Shown: piece by piece, positions 1 to 11,616 of the stretch
Layout of the letters: each line of letters opens with the position of its first letter
Numbering within the stretch: the stretch's first letter is position 1
Assembly: GCA_013416795.1 (NCBI GenBank)
Contig: RQSC01000015.1
Span: 105,696-169,695 of the forward strand
Direction: 5' to 3'
DNA: 64,000 bases
Source: Prasinococcaceae sp. CCMP 1430
Taxonomy: Eukaryota; Plantae; Prasinodermophyta
The notes under the pieces: model-generated
Databases searched by the model: none
The model's input: only the letters and a program-made list of their open reading frames with translations
Told to the model about the DNA's origin: nothing
Position numbers and translations under genes: made by a program

Positions 1-797
<797 letters not shown>

Positions 798-1280
798 GCG
801 GCTGATGAGGCGAGGGCTGGGAAGCGGGATTGTAAAAACTTGAGTGATGGGATGCCCTGCTCGAGCGCGCTGCAGAGCACACCTCCGCGCTTGCCACTCG
901 GGCGAGGGAACGTGTTCAGTGCGGTTTTGGTTTGTTATTAGACGCCAGGTGTTCCGCTGTGCGCGCCGCGACCGCCCTGAAATTCGATCATCTTCTGCGC
1001 TTTCGCACTCGTTGCGCAGGCCAAATGCAAAGCATGTGTCGAAACGAAATCCGCGGAAGCGCGCCGGAGCACCCCCGAATTCCGGCCGAATCGGAATCGA
1101 CCACCGCACGTCGCTCGGCGCACCGTGCCACCCAACAGTCGAAAAGCGCGCAAACGCCAAACCGCCGCCCCCCCCCCGCGCGCGCCACTGCGCGCGGGGC
1201 CGGCGCGCTCTGCGGCGCAGCCGCGCCCAGTGCGCGTGGCGACCCGCGGCGGTGGCGCCGCGTGGTGAGCCCCCAGGACA

Positions 1281-2399
1281 ATGCCGCTCTATGGCTGCTA
1301 CCTGCTGCGCTCCTTGCGTGAGGACCCCGCAGCGCGTGGCAAGACATACATAGGCTTCACGGTGAACCCGCAGCGACGGCTGCGCCAGCACAACGGAGAG
1401 ATCTCGGCCGGCGCGTACAAGACGCGCAAGCTGCGCCCCGTCGAGATGCTGCTGGTTGTGCACGGCTTTCGCTCCAAGCGCGAGGCACTGCAGTTTGAGT
1501 GGGCGTGGCAGCACCCAACGCAGGCGCGCCTTGCTCGCGAAGCAACCCAGGGCCTTAAGAAGAAGGACATGGGCGCGGCCAAGGGCAAAGTGCGCATCCT
1601 CCTCGAGATGCTGTGGCTCTCACAGTGGCAGACCCACCCGCTGTTCCTGCAGTTCACGTCGCCAGCCGCTGCTGCGCTGCGTGAGGCCGGCGGGTGCCCA
1701 GTTGCGCCCCCAAACGTCACCGTATCGGTTGCGCCACTCTCCGAGCTGCCACTGCACTCCGTCTGTGAGGACGAGGAGGACGACGAGGACGAGAACGAGA
1801 GCAGCCTCTCGCAGACCTTCCGGCTCTGCAGTGAGGGTGATGAGGTCTCCAAACCTTTTGGCAGGAGCCATGTAGAGCATGAGCACGCCGGTGATGTATC
1901 AAGAAGGGGTGACACGGCCAGCGGCGGCGCTGTTGAGCGCATGCGGGCAGATACGCGGGGGGTTGAGGCGCACGACGTGGATCGGCGCGAGCTGCAGCAC
2001 GAGGCACAACTTGAGCCGCAGGGGGGGGTGGAGGTGGGAGCGGTGGAGGACGAGGAATGGCGCCGGGCGAGAGTCAAGTGGCTCAACTTCTCCACCGAAA
2101 TCAGCGACAGCAGCCAAGATGAGGGCTCGTGCGCTTCCCACGCTAGCGAGGTTTCGCAGGCTTGCACGCCGGCGACCGTGCCTATGTGCTCGCCCGGGCA
2201 GGCGCAAGGGTACTGCAGCCAGCACATACTGAGCACGGCGGGCGATCCTCAGATGGATGTGAGTGGCGAAAACGACAGCGCCGTTCCGGTACTAGATTTG
2301 GTGGACCTCACGACACCCCCACCAGTCTCTACCCTCGCGACCACCCAGGGGGCGGCGGCGGCACGTGACAGGGCATTCATAGACCTCACGCTGAGCTGA
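1281..2399 (+). CDS. SLX1: Structure-specific endonuclease subunit SLX1 (GIY-YIG)
   Basis: YGCYLLRS...TYIGFTVNPQRRLRQHNGEISAGAYKT...ALQFEWAWQHP; acidic low-complexity C-terminal half. Confidence 0.93.
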   Translation: MPLYGCYLLRSLREDPAARGKTYIGFTVNPQRRLRQHNGEISAGAYKTRKLRPVEMLLVVHGFRSKREALQFEWAWQHPTQARLAREATQGLKKKDMGAAKGKVRILLEMLWLSQWQTHPLFLQFTSPAAAALREAGGCPVAPPNVTVSVAPLSELPLHSVCEDEEDDEDENESSLSQTFRLCSEGDEVSKPFGRSHVEHEHAGDVSRRGDTASGGAVERMRADTRGVEAHDVDRRELQHEAQLEPQGGVEVGAVEDEEWRRARVKWLNFSTEISDSSQDEGSCASHASEVSQACTPATVPMCSPGQAQGYCSQHILSTAGDPQMDVSGENDSAVPVLDLVDLTTPPPVSTLATTQGAAAARDRAFIDLTLS

Positions 2400-2467
2400 G
2401 GTCTAAGTCAGCACACGAGGTGTACAGTACGTACGGTCGTGATTAATATTTGTAGACTATAATGAAT

Positions 2468-3625
2468 TCATTTGCGCGGTTGAACGCGGCGGACGCTCGT
2501 GCGCGCGACCACGTCCTCGTACCGTTCGGCGATTTTCACGAGCGCACCTGCCGGGAGTTGCGCGGGTGGTGGCGGCACGCCAACCGCCTCAGCCATTGCC
2601 GCTGCCACCGCGGTGCCCATCGCCAGCGCCTCCTCGGGAGCTGCGCCGCGCGAGAGCAGCAGCACAGCAGCGCCCATCATGGCATTCCCGCATCCCGTGG
2701 GGTCCTTGCATATGACGCCGGAGGCTGCGGGGCTGGAGAAGACCCTGCCGTCGGCCATGACGAGCACCGCGCCGTCTTCGCCGCACCGCACGATGGCCGT
2801 CGGTGCGCCCGCATCGACCAGCCTTCTCCCTGCGTCAACGGCATCCATGGTGGCGGACGCGAACATTGTGCGCGCCTCGAGCAAGTTGGGCGAAACGCAA
2901 TCCACCGCCCCACACAGCTCGCGAAGCTCGCCTTCCGACAGCGGCGCGTCTGCAGTCGTGAACGTCTCCACCGACACGAAGCGCGTGCCCGCCGCCCGCA
3001 GCGAGCGAACGAGCTCCAGCGAGGGCCGATTGGGGTGGACTCCGACATGTGCTGCGCGCGACTTAAGCAGCCTCGTCGGCAGCTCGGTGGGCTCTGGCCG
3101 CAGCATGGCGTACACGTCCGGCCCCTCGGGCGTGCGCCACACCTGCGTGCGCCTTCCGTCTGCCTCTGTAAGCTGCCATGCCCGCGGCGTTGGTTGACTG
3201 GGCACGACGCGCATGCCGGACAGGTCGATGCCAACACCTGACAGCCACTCAGTGCAGGCCCTCGGCATGTCATGCCCCACGCCCGCGGCGAGCGCGACGC
3301 GCACGTCCACGCATTCTGTGACCTGCCCAGAGCGAGTCAAGCCAGCTGCGGCGGCAGCGGCGGCAGCGCCCCAGGCCGTCTGCGGCCCCCCTCCACCGAC
3401 CTGCTCCATGTCTGTCGCGCCGTCCGCGTGCACAAGATCGTCCACGATGAAGCTGAATACGAGCAGGTCCGGCGGCTCCTGGGCCGCATCGCTCGCATGG
3501 CCGCTGCCCGACGCTCGCGCTGGGCGCCCCGCCGCCGCAATCGTCGCCGCGCGCCGCTGCTGCCGGGGGATGGGCACTGTGGGACAGCATACTGGAGTGA
3601 TGCGCTGGGTTGCGTGCGCCAGCAT
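2468..3625 (-). CDS. PfkB/ribokinase-family carbohydrate kinase, probable organelle transit peptide
   Basis: GGGG motif near the N-terminus, SPNLLEA, VRCGEDGA, and PfkB signature DPTGCGNAMMG. ATG at 3625 is followed by an Arg/Ala-rich leader. Confidence 0.8.
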   Translation of the reverse strand: MLAHATQRITPVCCPTVPIPRQQRRAATIAAAGRPARASGSGHASDAAQEPPDLLVFSFIVDDLVHADGATDMEQVGGGGPQTAWGAAAAAAAAGLTRSGQVTECVDVRVALAAGVGHDMPRACTEWLSGVGIDLSGMRVVPSQPTPRAWQLTEADGRRTQVWRTPEGPDVYAMLRPEPTELPTRLLKSRAAHVGVHPNRPSLELVRSLRAAGTRFVSVETFTTADAPLSEGELRELCGAVDCVSPNLLEARTMFASATMDAVDAGRRLVDAGAPTAIVRCGEDGAVLVMADGRVFSSPAASGVICKDPTGCGNAMMGAAVLLLSRGAAPEEALAMGTAVAAAMAEAVGVPPPPAQLPAGALVKIAERYEDVVARTSVRRVQPRK

Positions 3626-4210
3626 GGGACGCGGCGCACCCCAGCACGGCGCGCAGGCGCGCGCGCGCGCCGTGTGGCGGGCAGGGGCGCCGACTTCGCT
3701 CCGCTCCTCCGGACCCCGCCGCGCCCAGACGATCCAATTCCGACGATCCGTGGCAGTCGTCATCTCCTTTGACTCTCCAGAATCATCGCCTGATCCACAG
3801 CCTGCCAAATTTTCAGGCACGTGACTCACTCCTGACTGATGATGGTCAATCAAAATCCTGAGATGATCCCGGCATTGGGTCGATCGAGCGCACTGTTGTT
3901 CCTGTTTCGCCGTTCGAAGCTTCGAAGTTTCGTCGAACACCGCACGCGTGGCCGGGGGGGGGGGGCGGGGGCGTGCCATGTCAGCGTCCGTTGCGTGATG
4001 GGGTTGCCAGCTGGAGCCACGCCTGCGCGCGGCAGCAGGCAGGAGGATCTCCAAGAGTTCGGAAGGAAGGACCGCCCTCCACTGCGCGCGCGCGCCGCGC
4101 TGCGCGTCGCAGCAAAGGGCGGGGGAGCAGGAGGGGCGGCAGGAGAGGGGGGGATGGAGCAGAGAGAGGGGGCAGGGGAGGAAGGGGACGGGCGGGGAGG
4201 GAGGGTGGCA

Positions 4211-7200
4211 ATGCCAGAGCCGGAAAGCGACGCCGCCGCGCAGCCGGCGCATGAGCCTGCCGCGGCCCCCACCGCCACTGCTGCTGCGACTTCCGCCGCC
4301 ACCGCAGCCGCTGCCGCCGCCGCCGCAGCGGCGCGCGCAGCCATTGGGGACGCTGTCGCTGATGCGCCCGCGGCGCCCGCGGCGCCTGCAGCCAATGGCG
4401 GCAGCATCAAGGTGGGCGAGGGGGGGCGGCAGGTGGGGGGGGCTCGGAGGGCGAGGCGGGGATCCACCGCCGAGGAATCATCGCGCCCCCGCGGTGGAAA
4501 CAGCGTTATCACGAGCCTGCTGTGCGACTGCAAGACGGTCGACGAGGTTCTGGACGTGACTGAGGTGCACAAGAAGTCGATGAACACCATCAACATCGCC
4601 ACTGCTGTGTACACCGTCAGCAAACTGCATCGCTCCAGGGCGCACGCGCCGCCTCCTGCCGCTGCGTCTGCAGGGGCAGCGCCGCTCGCCGGCGCTCCCG
4701 GCGGTGCCGACAGCTCCCGTGGGCCCCTCTTTGAGGACGATCGCTTCCAGGCGCTTGTTGCTGTGGCCGAGCGTCGCCTGCGCGACTTCGAGCCGCGCGC
4801 GCTCGCCAATCTCATGTGGTGCGTGCGCCAGCTGCGCTCGGCGCACCTGCCGCCTGCACGGCCATTTCTGTTTCCGCAGCCTCGCCGCCCCTTCCTGGGT
4901 GCCGACCGCCACCCCTACGTGCCGTGAGCGTGGACCTGCATCCCTCGATGAGCCGCGCGCTGGCCCCGCACCCCCCATCCCCCACCCCTCCCTCTCCCGC
5001 CAAACCAACCCCTTGCTGCGCACCCACACACCAAATGCGCTCGCTGGGGGCGCGCTCCAGCCGGAAAAAAAAGGCTGCGCCACGCGCGCTGACGCAGCAG
5101 CGCGCGCGCGCGGCGCTGCCGTTCTGCGCGCTAGAGAGGAAGAAAGAGAGGGAGACAGGCCCTGACCTCGTAGACGGGCTGCAGGGAGGCGCGGGGAGCG
5201 CAGCGCAGCGCGGCTGCGCGCGGGTAGCCGGCAATTGTTTTTCGGCCGCGCGCCACCGCCGTTTTTTTTTCAGCATGGGCGGTGACCGAGATCGCCCGCA
5301 GGCCCAAACGAAAGCGAAAGCGAAACGCGCCGAAACGGAAAACGCGAGTCTGGCTGGCTGGCGCAGCCGCGAGAAACGACACGCGCGCAGCGCCGCGCGC
5401 GCGCGCGCGCCGGGCGGAGAGGAAACGGAAACGGAAACGGAGCGCGAGCGGGAGGCATGTGCACGCGCATGTGCGAAGTGTGGCTGGTGGAGGAGGGAGG
5501 AGGCGCTCGGAGAGCAGGCGATGCGGCGCTGACACAGCAATGCACGCTCGCGCACGCCCCGCGCACGGCTCGCGCTACTTTCACAGAGTCAAAGCTCGGT
5601 GAGTTCAACAGCATCGATCTGGCGGAGCTCGTGTGGTCACTCGCTGCGCTCCGCCACCATCCGGGGGACACGCTCCTGCGAGGCATCGCCAGCGTCATGT
5701 CGAGGCAGCAGCTCAGTACGTGGAAGCCGCAGCACCTGAGCAACACGCTGTGGGCGTTCGCCACTCTGGGTTTCAATCCAGGCCCCGCCCTGATTGCCAA
5801 CGTCTGCTACCAGTGCGACTGGAAGGCGAATGACTTCCGCGCGCAGCAAACCATCAACCTTGTGTGGGCTCTCGCCACATTCTCGTTTTCCGTCTCACCA
5901 CTGCTGGAGAAGCTCGTCCAGCACCTCGAGAGGAGGCGGCACCAGATCACGCCCGAGTCGCTGGTGACTCTGCTGTGGTCGTGCGCGACGCTGCGCTGCC
6001 ATCCGTACCATCTCATGGCGACGGTGAAAGCCGAAATCGATGTCGACACGCTCGCGCCATCGTCGGTGGTATCCTTGCTTTGGGCATACGCGACGCTCGG
6101 GCATCAGCCAGTCCCCAACCAGATGATTTCGAAGGCGGTGGACGTGATGGAGTCGAGGGTGGCCGAGCTCGCATCGCAGGACACGGCAAATCTCGTGTGG
6201 GCGCTGGCTGCGCTGGGCCACCACCCAGGGCACTTGCTTGACCAGACGGCCGCTGCGCTGGAGTCATCGCTGTACTCACTAGCCCCTCAGCACCTTGCCA
6301 ACCTAGTGTGGGCGTATGCCAAGCTGGATCACTTTGCGGGCCAGTTGTTGGAGCACGCGGCCACGGCCATTCGCCAGCGCATGAGTGAGTTCGGATCCAA
6401 GGATCTCTCGACAGTGGTGTGGGCGTACCGCAAGTGGTCCGGGCAGGCTGGATTCGCCGAGGAAATCGTCGCCGCTGCGTCAGCGCGCTTGAGCGTGGAG
6501 CAGCAGGAGATGCAGATGCGAGCGATTCAGCACGCGCAGGAAGTCGCTCAGCAGCAGATGCAATCACAGTGGCAGGCGGCCCACGCGCAGGTGCAGGCGC
6601 AGGCGCAGGCGAGGCTGGTCCAGCAGCAGATGGCAGGAATGTCACTCGGCAATCTGAGCCAGGTGCAGGCGCCAGCGGTGGCGGCGGCGGCCGCTGCAGC
6701 AGCGGCGGCAGCGCAGCAGCAGATGCAGCAGCAGATGGGCGTACAGTATGGCCTAAGTCCTGTCGGTTTTCCGCAGGAGTCTTCATTCATGATGCCCGGA
6801 GCTGTGGGAGGCGGCGTCGCCATGCCGATGTCTTTTCAAATGCAGCCCGGCTACCAGTCGCAAAGTTACCAGGACCAGGCTGGAATGCAGCCAATCGTGC
6901 AGTCGCCTGCAGTATTCGCAACGGCAGGTACAATGCAGCCCGTGCCGCCACCGGATCTTGAGGTGCAGCCAAGCCCGCAGCAACCGAAGCAACAGCTGGC
7001 GCAGCGATCGCAGCAGCAGGACCAGAAGGAGAAGCAGGGACAGCACAGTGACGTGGGCTCCCCACCTCAAACACACAGAGGCTCAGGTGAGCACGAGATG
7101 CCGCAATTGCGCCGTGAGCTCATCGAAGGGCTGGGAGGTCTTACATTGGAGTCGCAGCGTCAGCAGCAGCAGCAGGATGATGACACCTCCGACGCCGTGA

Positions 7201-7403
7201 GGGAAGGCGGACAAGGGGAGGTCGTCCCGGGGCGTGCGCGTGCGCGCTCGTTTTCGGCGCCAAACGTTACGACACCCCCGCGCTCACGCGCATCGTCATA
7301 TTCGTCTGGTGCTAGCAGCACCGAGGCGCGTGCGAACTTCAGTCCGCCCGAGAAGCTCGCTCCTGACAACGGGTCGGCCGTGGCTCTTCGCGGCGCGCAT
7401 TAG
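4211..7403 (+). CDS. OPR/FAST-like helical-repeat RNA-binding protein with Q/A-rich C-terminal tail; multi-exon (exon ~4211-4818, main exon 5587-7403)
   Basis: ~38-aa repeats such as FEPRALANLMW, WKPQHLSNTLWAFATLGFNPG, SQDTANLVWALAALGHHPG and PQHLANLVWAYAKLDH. GTGCGT donor at 4819 and CAG acceptor at 5586, but their phases do not match directly. Confidence 0.8.
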
Positions 7404-7871
7404 GGGCGGACGCACGTCCATTCGAGACACTTACTTTCGCAGCTTGTGCGACAGCAGTGCGGCGCCGCTCCATCACGCGGCACGGGCGGCCGCATTGCGG
7501 CAGCATACGAACCTGCCAAATTTGGGTTACTCAGCTTTGTGGACGCATTCGCGGTGGTGAGCTCTATTGATTCGGTTCCCACAGACCAGCGAGGCCACTG
7601 GCAGACGGGGCGTCACTTTCACCTCCTTGAGACGATGATTGCGATACGTGTATTCTTGGGCTCGATCAACAGGCCTGATGCGCTCCGTGTGGACAAACAG
7701 CAAGCGTGGAGGCTGCGCGCATTGACTCTCGCTTGCGCGCGCAGTCCGCTTGTAGGACGTGCCTGCACCTCACCTGTATGATTAACACGCAGCGTTCATT
7801 TCGGGCTACTCGCGCGACTGCCTGCAGATCTGCCCGTCCCGTAGCCGCAGTGTGCGAGTGCCATTCCTTGG

Positions 7872-9559
7872 TCATTGGTCTGTGGCTCGTGACGGGCGAC
7901 CCATGGTGCTCGCGGCCGAGGCTGCGGCCGCTGCGGCGACGATCGGGACCAGTCCGCGCGAGCATGCGAGCACGCGACGCGTGATACGTAGAAGCGGGCG
8001 CAAGCGAGCGGGCGGGGCAGTGGGCGCCGTAGCGGGAGTGCCATGGTTGGACGCCTGCACACCTGCGCACCGCAACTCGAGCGTGTCGACATCCACCTCG
8101 ACTAGAGCGCCGATGGGCACTGCGAGTTGGTCGCGCGTGTGGCCCATGCGCAACCCAGCTAGCACTGGCACATGCGGCGGCAGGCCAGCGTGAAGAAGCC
8201 AGAACTGCGCGTGCCCGCGAGCGTCGATGTTAGTAGGCGCAGGGTGGCGGTGGTCCGGCGCATTGCATGCATGCGCACACGCGCACGCACTTCTTTCTCC
8301 TCGGCCGCGTTCCCTTGGAACGCGTCGTTGAAGTCTCCAAGCACGAGTGCCGCGAGGCCACGCAAGGCGCCAGCGAGCCTCAGTGTAGTGAGCTTTCTGT
8401 CGAGCTTGTACGGCGGCTCACCGACGTCCTCGAGCACCAGCACGGCACCAGTGTAATCGGGTGCGAAGCACGTGCCCGATAGCGAGGCCAAGAGGCTGAG
8501 ATTGCCACCAACGAGCTTGCCACTCACAGTGGAGCTTCCCAACTCGCCGGCTCCACGGCGATAGCACTCTGCGAGAGGCGGAGCGAGATCCGATGCGAGT
8601 CAGTGAGCATGGTCTAGGACAGGCACGTCAGGGGCATGCGCCCCCGCTCACAGGAGCGCGCGCACCGCAAGGCGCACAGACCTCTGCACCGCAGCGGCGG
8701 GAAAGCCTCGGCGAGGCTGCCGCCCTCCACCGCGTCCCTAAGCGCGAGCCTTGATTCGTCGCTGCCTGCCAGCATCGCACGAGCCCAGCGAGAAAGCAGG
8801 GTGGCGCGTGAAGCGCAGAGCGCGGGCATAGGCGCAGCGGCGAGTCAGCGGATTGCCCACACACGCTGCATCCCACGACTCCGCGCGAAGTGCGGAGGGA
8901 AGCTCCAGCTTCTGCTCACCTTCGAGGAAGAGGTCCGTCGCTGGCATCGGAGCGTGCGCGCACACGGCACCACGCGTGCTGGCGAGCGCGAGCAACGCTG
9001 TGGCATCAGAAAATCCCACGAGGCGCTTGGACAGCCACGCACGACCATCGAGCGCCGCGTCCAGTGCCTCCAGCAGTCGTGCCGAGCCGTAGCCCCCTGT
9101 GTGCCGAGTTTTCCGAGCGGCACCCACCGCGCCGTGGCAACGCGGCGCTTGTGTCAGGAACTAAACCGTTCGCCATGCGCGCGTCAGACAGTCCATGCAT
9201 GCGGCTTTGTGCGAGCAAGCGCACGTGAGGAGAGTAAGAGGGGGCGAAAGCGTACCCTTCGCGACGACTATGGCACCGACGCTCGGGTCCTTGTACGCCT
9301 CCAGCAACGCGTGCAGGCGGTCAGTATCGCTGCCTGCGAGGTAGGCCGCCTCCCCTGCGGGAGGCGCCTCGCCTTTGTGCCTCGCTCCCGCCTGCACAGA
9401 TGTGCGGACGCGCCAGCCAAATGGTTCGCGCGCGAGCGCTGCCAGCGCCGCGGGCAGCGCACCGCGCACGCATGGCCCGCAGGGCGCGACGATTGCGACG
9501 GTCGTCGCGCCCCCTGCTCCAAGGGGGGGTGGCAGCTCGGCCCACGCGGGGGGTGCCAT
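7872..9559 (-). CDS. ldcA: LD-carboxypeptidase (peptidase S66, LdcA/muramoyltetrapeptide carboxypeptidase-like), about 5 exons
   Basis: VAIVAPCGP, YLAGSDTDRL, AKG|GYGSARLL across intron 9097-9255, GFSDAT (Ser), GKLVGGNLSLL, LVLEDVGEPPYKLDR (Glu), and MGH (His) followed by VPIGA. Confidence 0.9.
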
Positions 9560-9699
9560 GCTCGCATCGAGGGGGCCTCGCGCTTGGCCTTCTGCCTGCG
9601 ACAGGCGCTCGTGGCGCGGTGGCGCGCTGCGCGCCTGTGGACCGGGCAAGGGGCTCCCGACGAGGCTCTCCCCTCAAGTGCGTGGGGAGGCTCCCTTCG

Positions 9700-10480
9700 C
9701 GCAGGGGCGACGGCTCTGCTGGGTTGGCGCGACGGGGGTGTAGTGTGGTGTGTGGGGGGGTAAGGGCACGCCCCGTCGACGACAACGAGCTCCCAAGCCT
9801 TGCAGAATGATCCTGAATCGCCTGCCCTGCGTCCTGCACTGGCACAGCGAACTACCATCGGATGGTAGTAGCGGGGCCGACGCCAGGGGGGAGCTGAGGG
9901 AAGGACTAGGACCGCGACACAAGCACGCGCAGCAGAACCGCGCGCCCACCTTGGGCGTCTCGGTATCAACGAACAGGTCATAGTATACACACCTGGCGTG
10001 GCGCACCGAAGGGAATGACGGTCGAGCGCGACGCTAGCTAGAGGGAGGCTTCGGAGCGAGAAGCACGGTGACAGCAAGGCATTCGCGTGCGCGTGTTCCA
10101 TCAGTTCTCCGCGGATCCACTTTGCCGTGTCTGTGCTGTCCTCCTTGCGCGTGCCGACGTGGCGAAGCCATCCGGTGTCGGCCCAATGTCGTTGGAACCG
10201 CTGTTGAGGTATGGCCCGCGGCGCGAGATCTGCTGGTTGCTGAGCTCTTTGGACATGTCCGTGGGCGTGGCGTGGCGCGCATACCTGCCGGGCGCGGCGT
10301 GCGTGCGTGAGGTGACGTTGGCAGAGTGATTGAGAGGGTACGTAGGGAGGTCAGGCACGAGGGCGGGGCCGGGGGGCAGCAAGGAGGGGGGGAAGGGACA
10401 GGTTGGTAGATAAGACATGCAACACGGACTTTCAAGGCCGACAGACGACTTGTTGTCCACGAGCGCGCGAGCGCTAACCG
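9700..10480 (-). CDS. Putative multi-exon hypothetical gene (fragments YARHATPTDMSKELSNQQ..., VYYDLFVDTETPK, FAVPVQDAGQAIQD)
   Basis: Short coding-like blocks bounded by AG/GT-like sites; the exon phasing could not be fully reconciled. Confidence 0.3.
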
Positions 10481-11616
10481 CACATGCGACGCAGCACGAG
10501 GCGAACTCACCACATGGGGAATGCAGCACCGACGAGGGCGAATGCCAAACACGCCGCCGCCGTCACTGATGCACCAGCACGTTTCGCTGCAGTCGTCACC
10601 GGTGGTCCATCGGCACCGAGGATTACGCGCAGGGGCCGCCGCGATGGCTGCTGCTGCGGCCCCGACATTTCGGCTCACCCAATGCCTCCGCTGCCCCCGC
10701 CGCCTCCGCTGCCTGCACGACTATCGCTGCCTCCCCCACCAGAGCCGCCCACCCGACACCGATGCTGCTGACGGTGCTGACTGTGCGGACGACCGCGCTG
10801 CACAAGCGCCTGTGCGTGCGTGCGCGTTGCTACCGCAGGTGGCGTTTATGGCCACGAGCGCCTGCGATGGCCGAGACTCGGGCTGGGCGTGGTCGGGCGT
10901 GGTTGGGGTAAGAGAGAAGGGGGGGGGGGGCGCATGCAGCGCGCTCCCGCGCTCTCTGTGGCATGGCGCTGGTCCAGCCAGCCTTCCGCTCGCCCCAGCC
11001 ATGCGGCCTCTTCCCGCGCGCTGTCGGGTCGGCGCCCTCGTCAGTCATTTCGTCGGTTCATCACCGCCCTCGTTTGTTTCGTGCCCCGTCCGCGTCTCTC
11101 TTTTCGGCTTCGCTTTCGCGCGGCGTCGATCGGCCGGACCACGTCGATCGACGACCACCGTCCGTCGGTAGGTCGCGCCACTCACACGTCATGTCTATGT
11201 CTGGCTGCGAACAACTCATGTTCGCAGGGGCGCTGGCACCCCACGCGGCGGACGGAGGGCGCACACAGTGCGCGCGCGCGCGCGCTCGAGCGGCCGGCGC
11301 GTGGGACGCGGCGGCGACGGCCGAGGGGTGCGTGCGCGACGCTGCACGTCCGCCCCGCGCGCGGTGCTGCCGCTGGGCGCGCGAATGGCATGCGCTGCTG
11401 TCATATTTATTAGAGAGGACGCATTCGCGGGTGCGTGTGCTCGAGGGAACAGCCTGCGCTCGCAATGAGAGCGTGCGCGCTCACCGTCGCTGGACGCAGA
11501 CACGGCGCTGACCGCCCGCGCCCGCCATGCCCCGGCGGCGTCTCCCACTTCGCAGCGCCGGTGCCCACTGACAGAGAAATCTCGAGGGTACCAATAGGCG
11601 CCGTACCTCTGGCGTG

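Noticed and set aside
1281-2399. GIY-YIG as a homing endonuclease or Penelope element
   Set aside because: Has SLX1-specific motifs (RLRQHNG, ALQFEWAWQHP); no reverse transcriptase or element ends.
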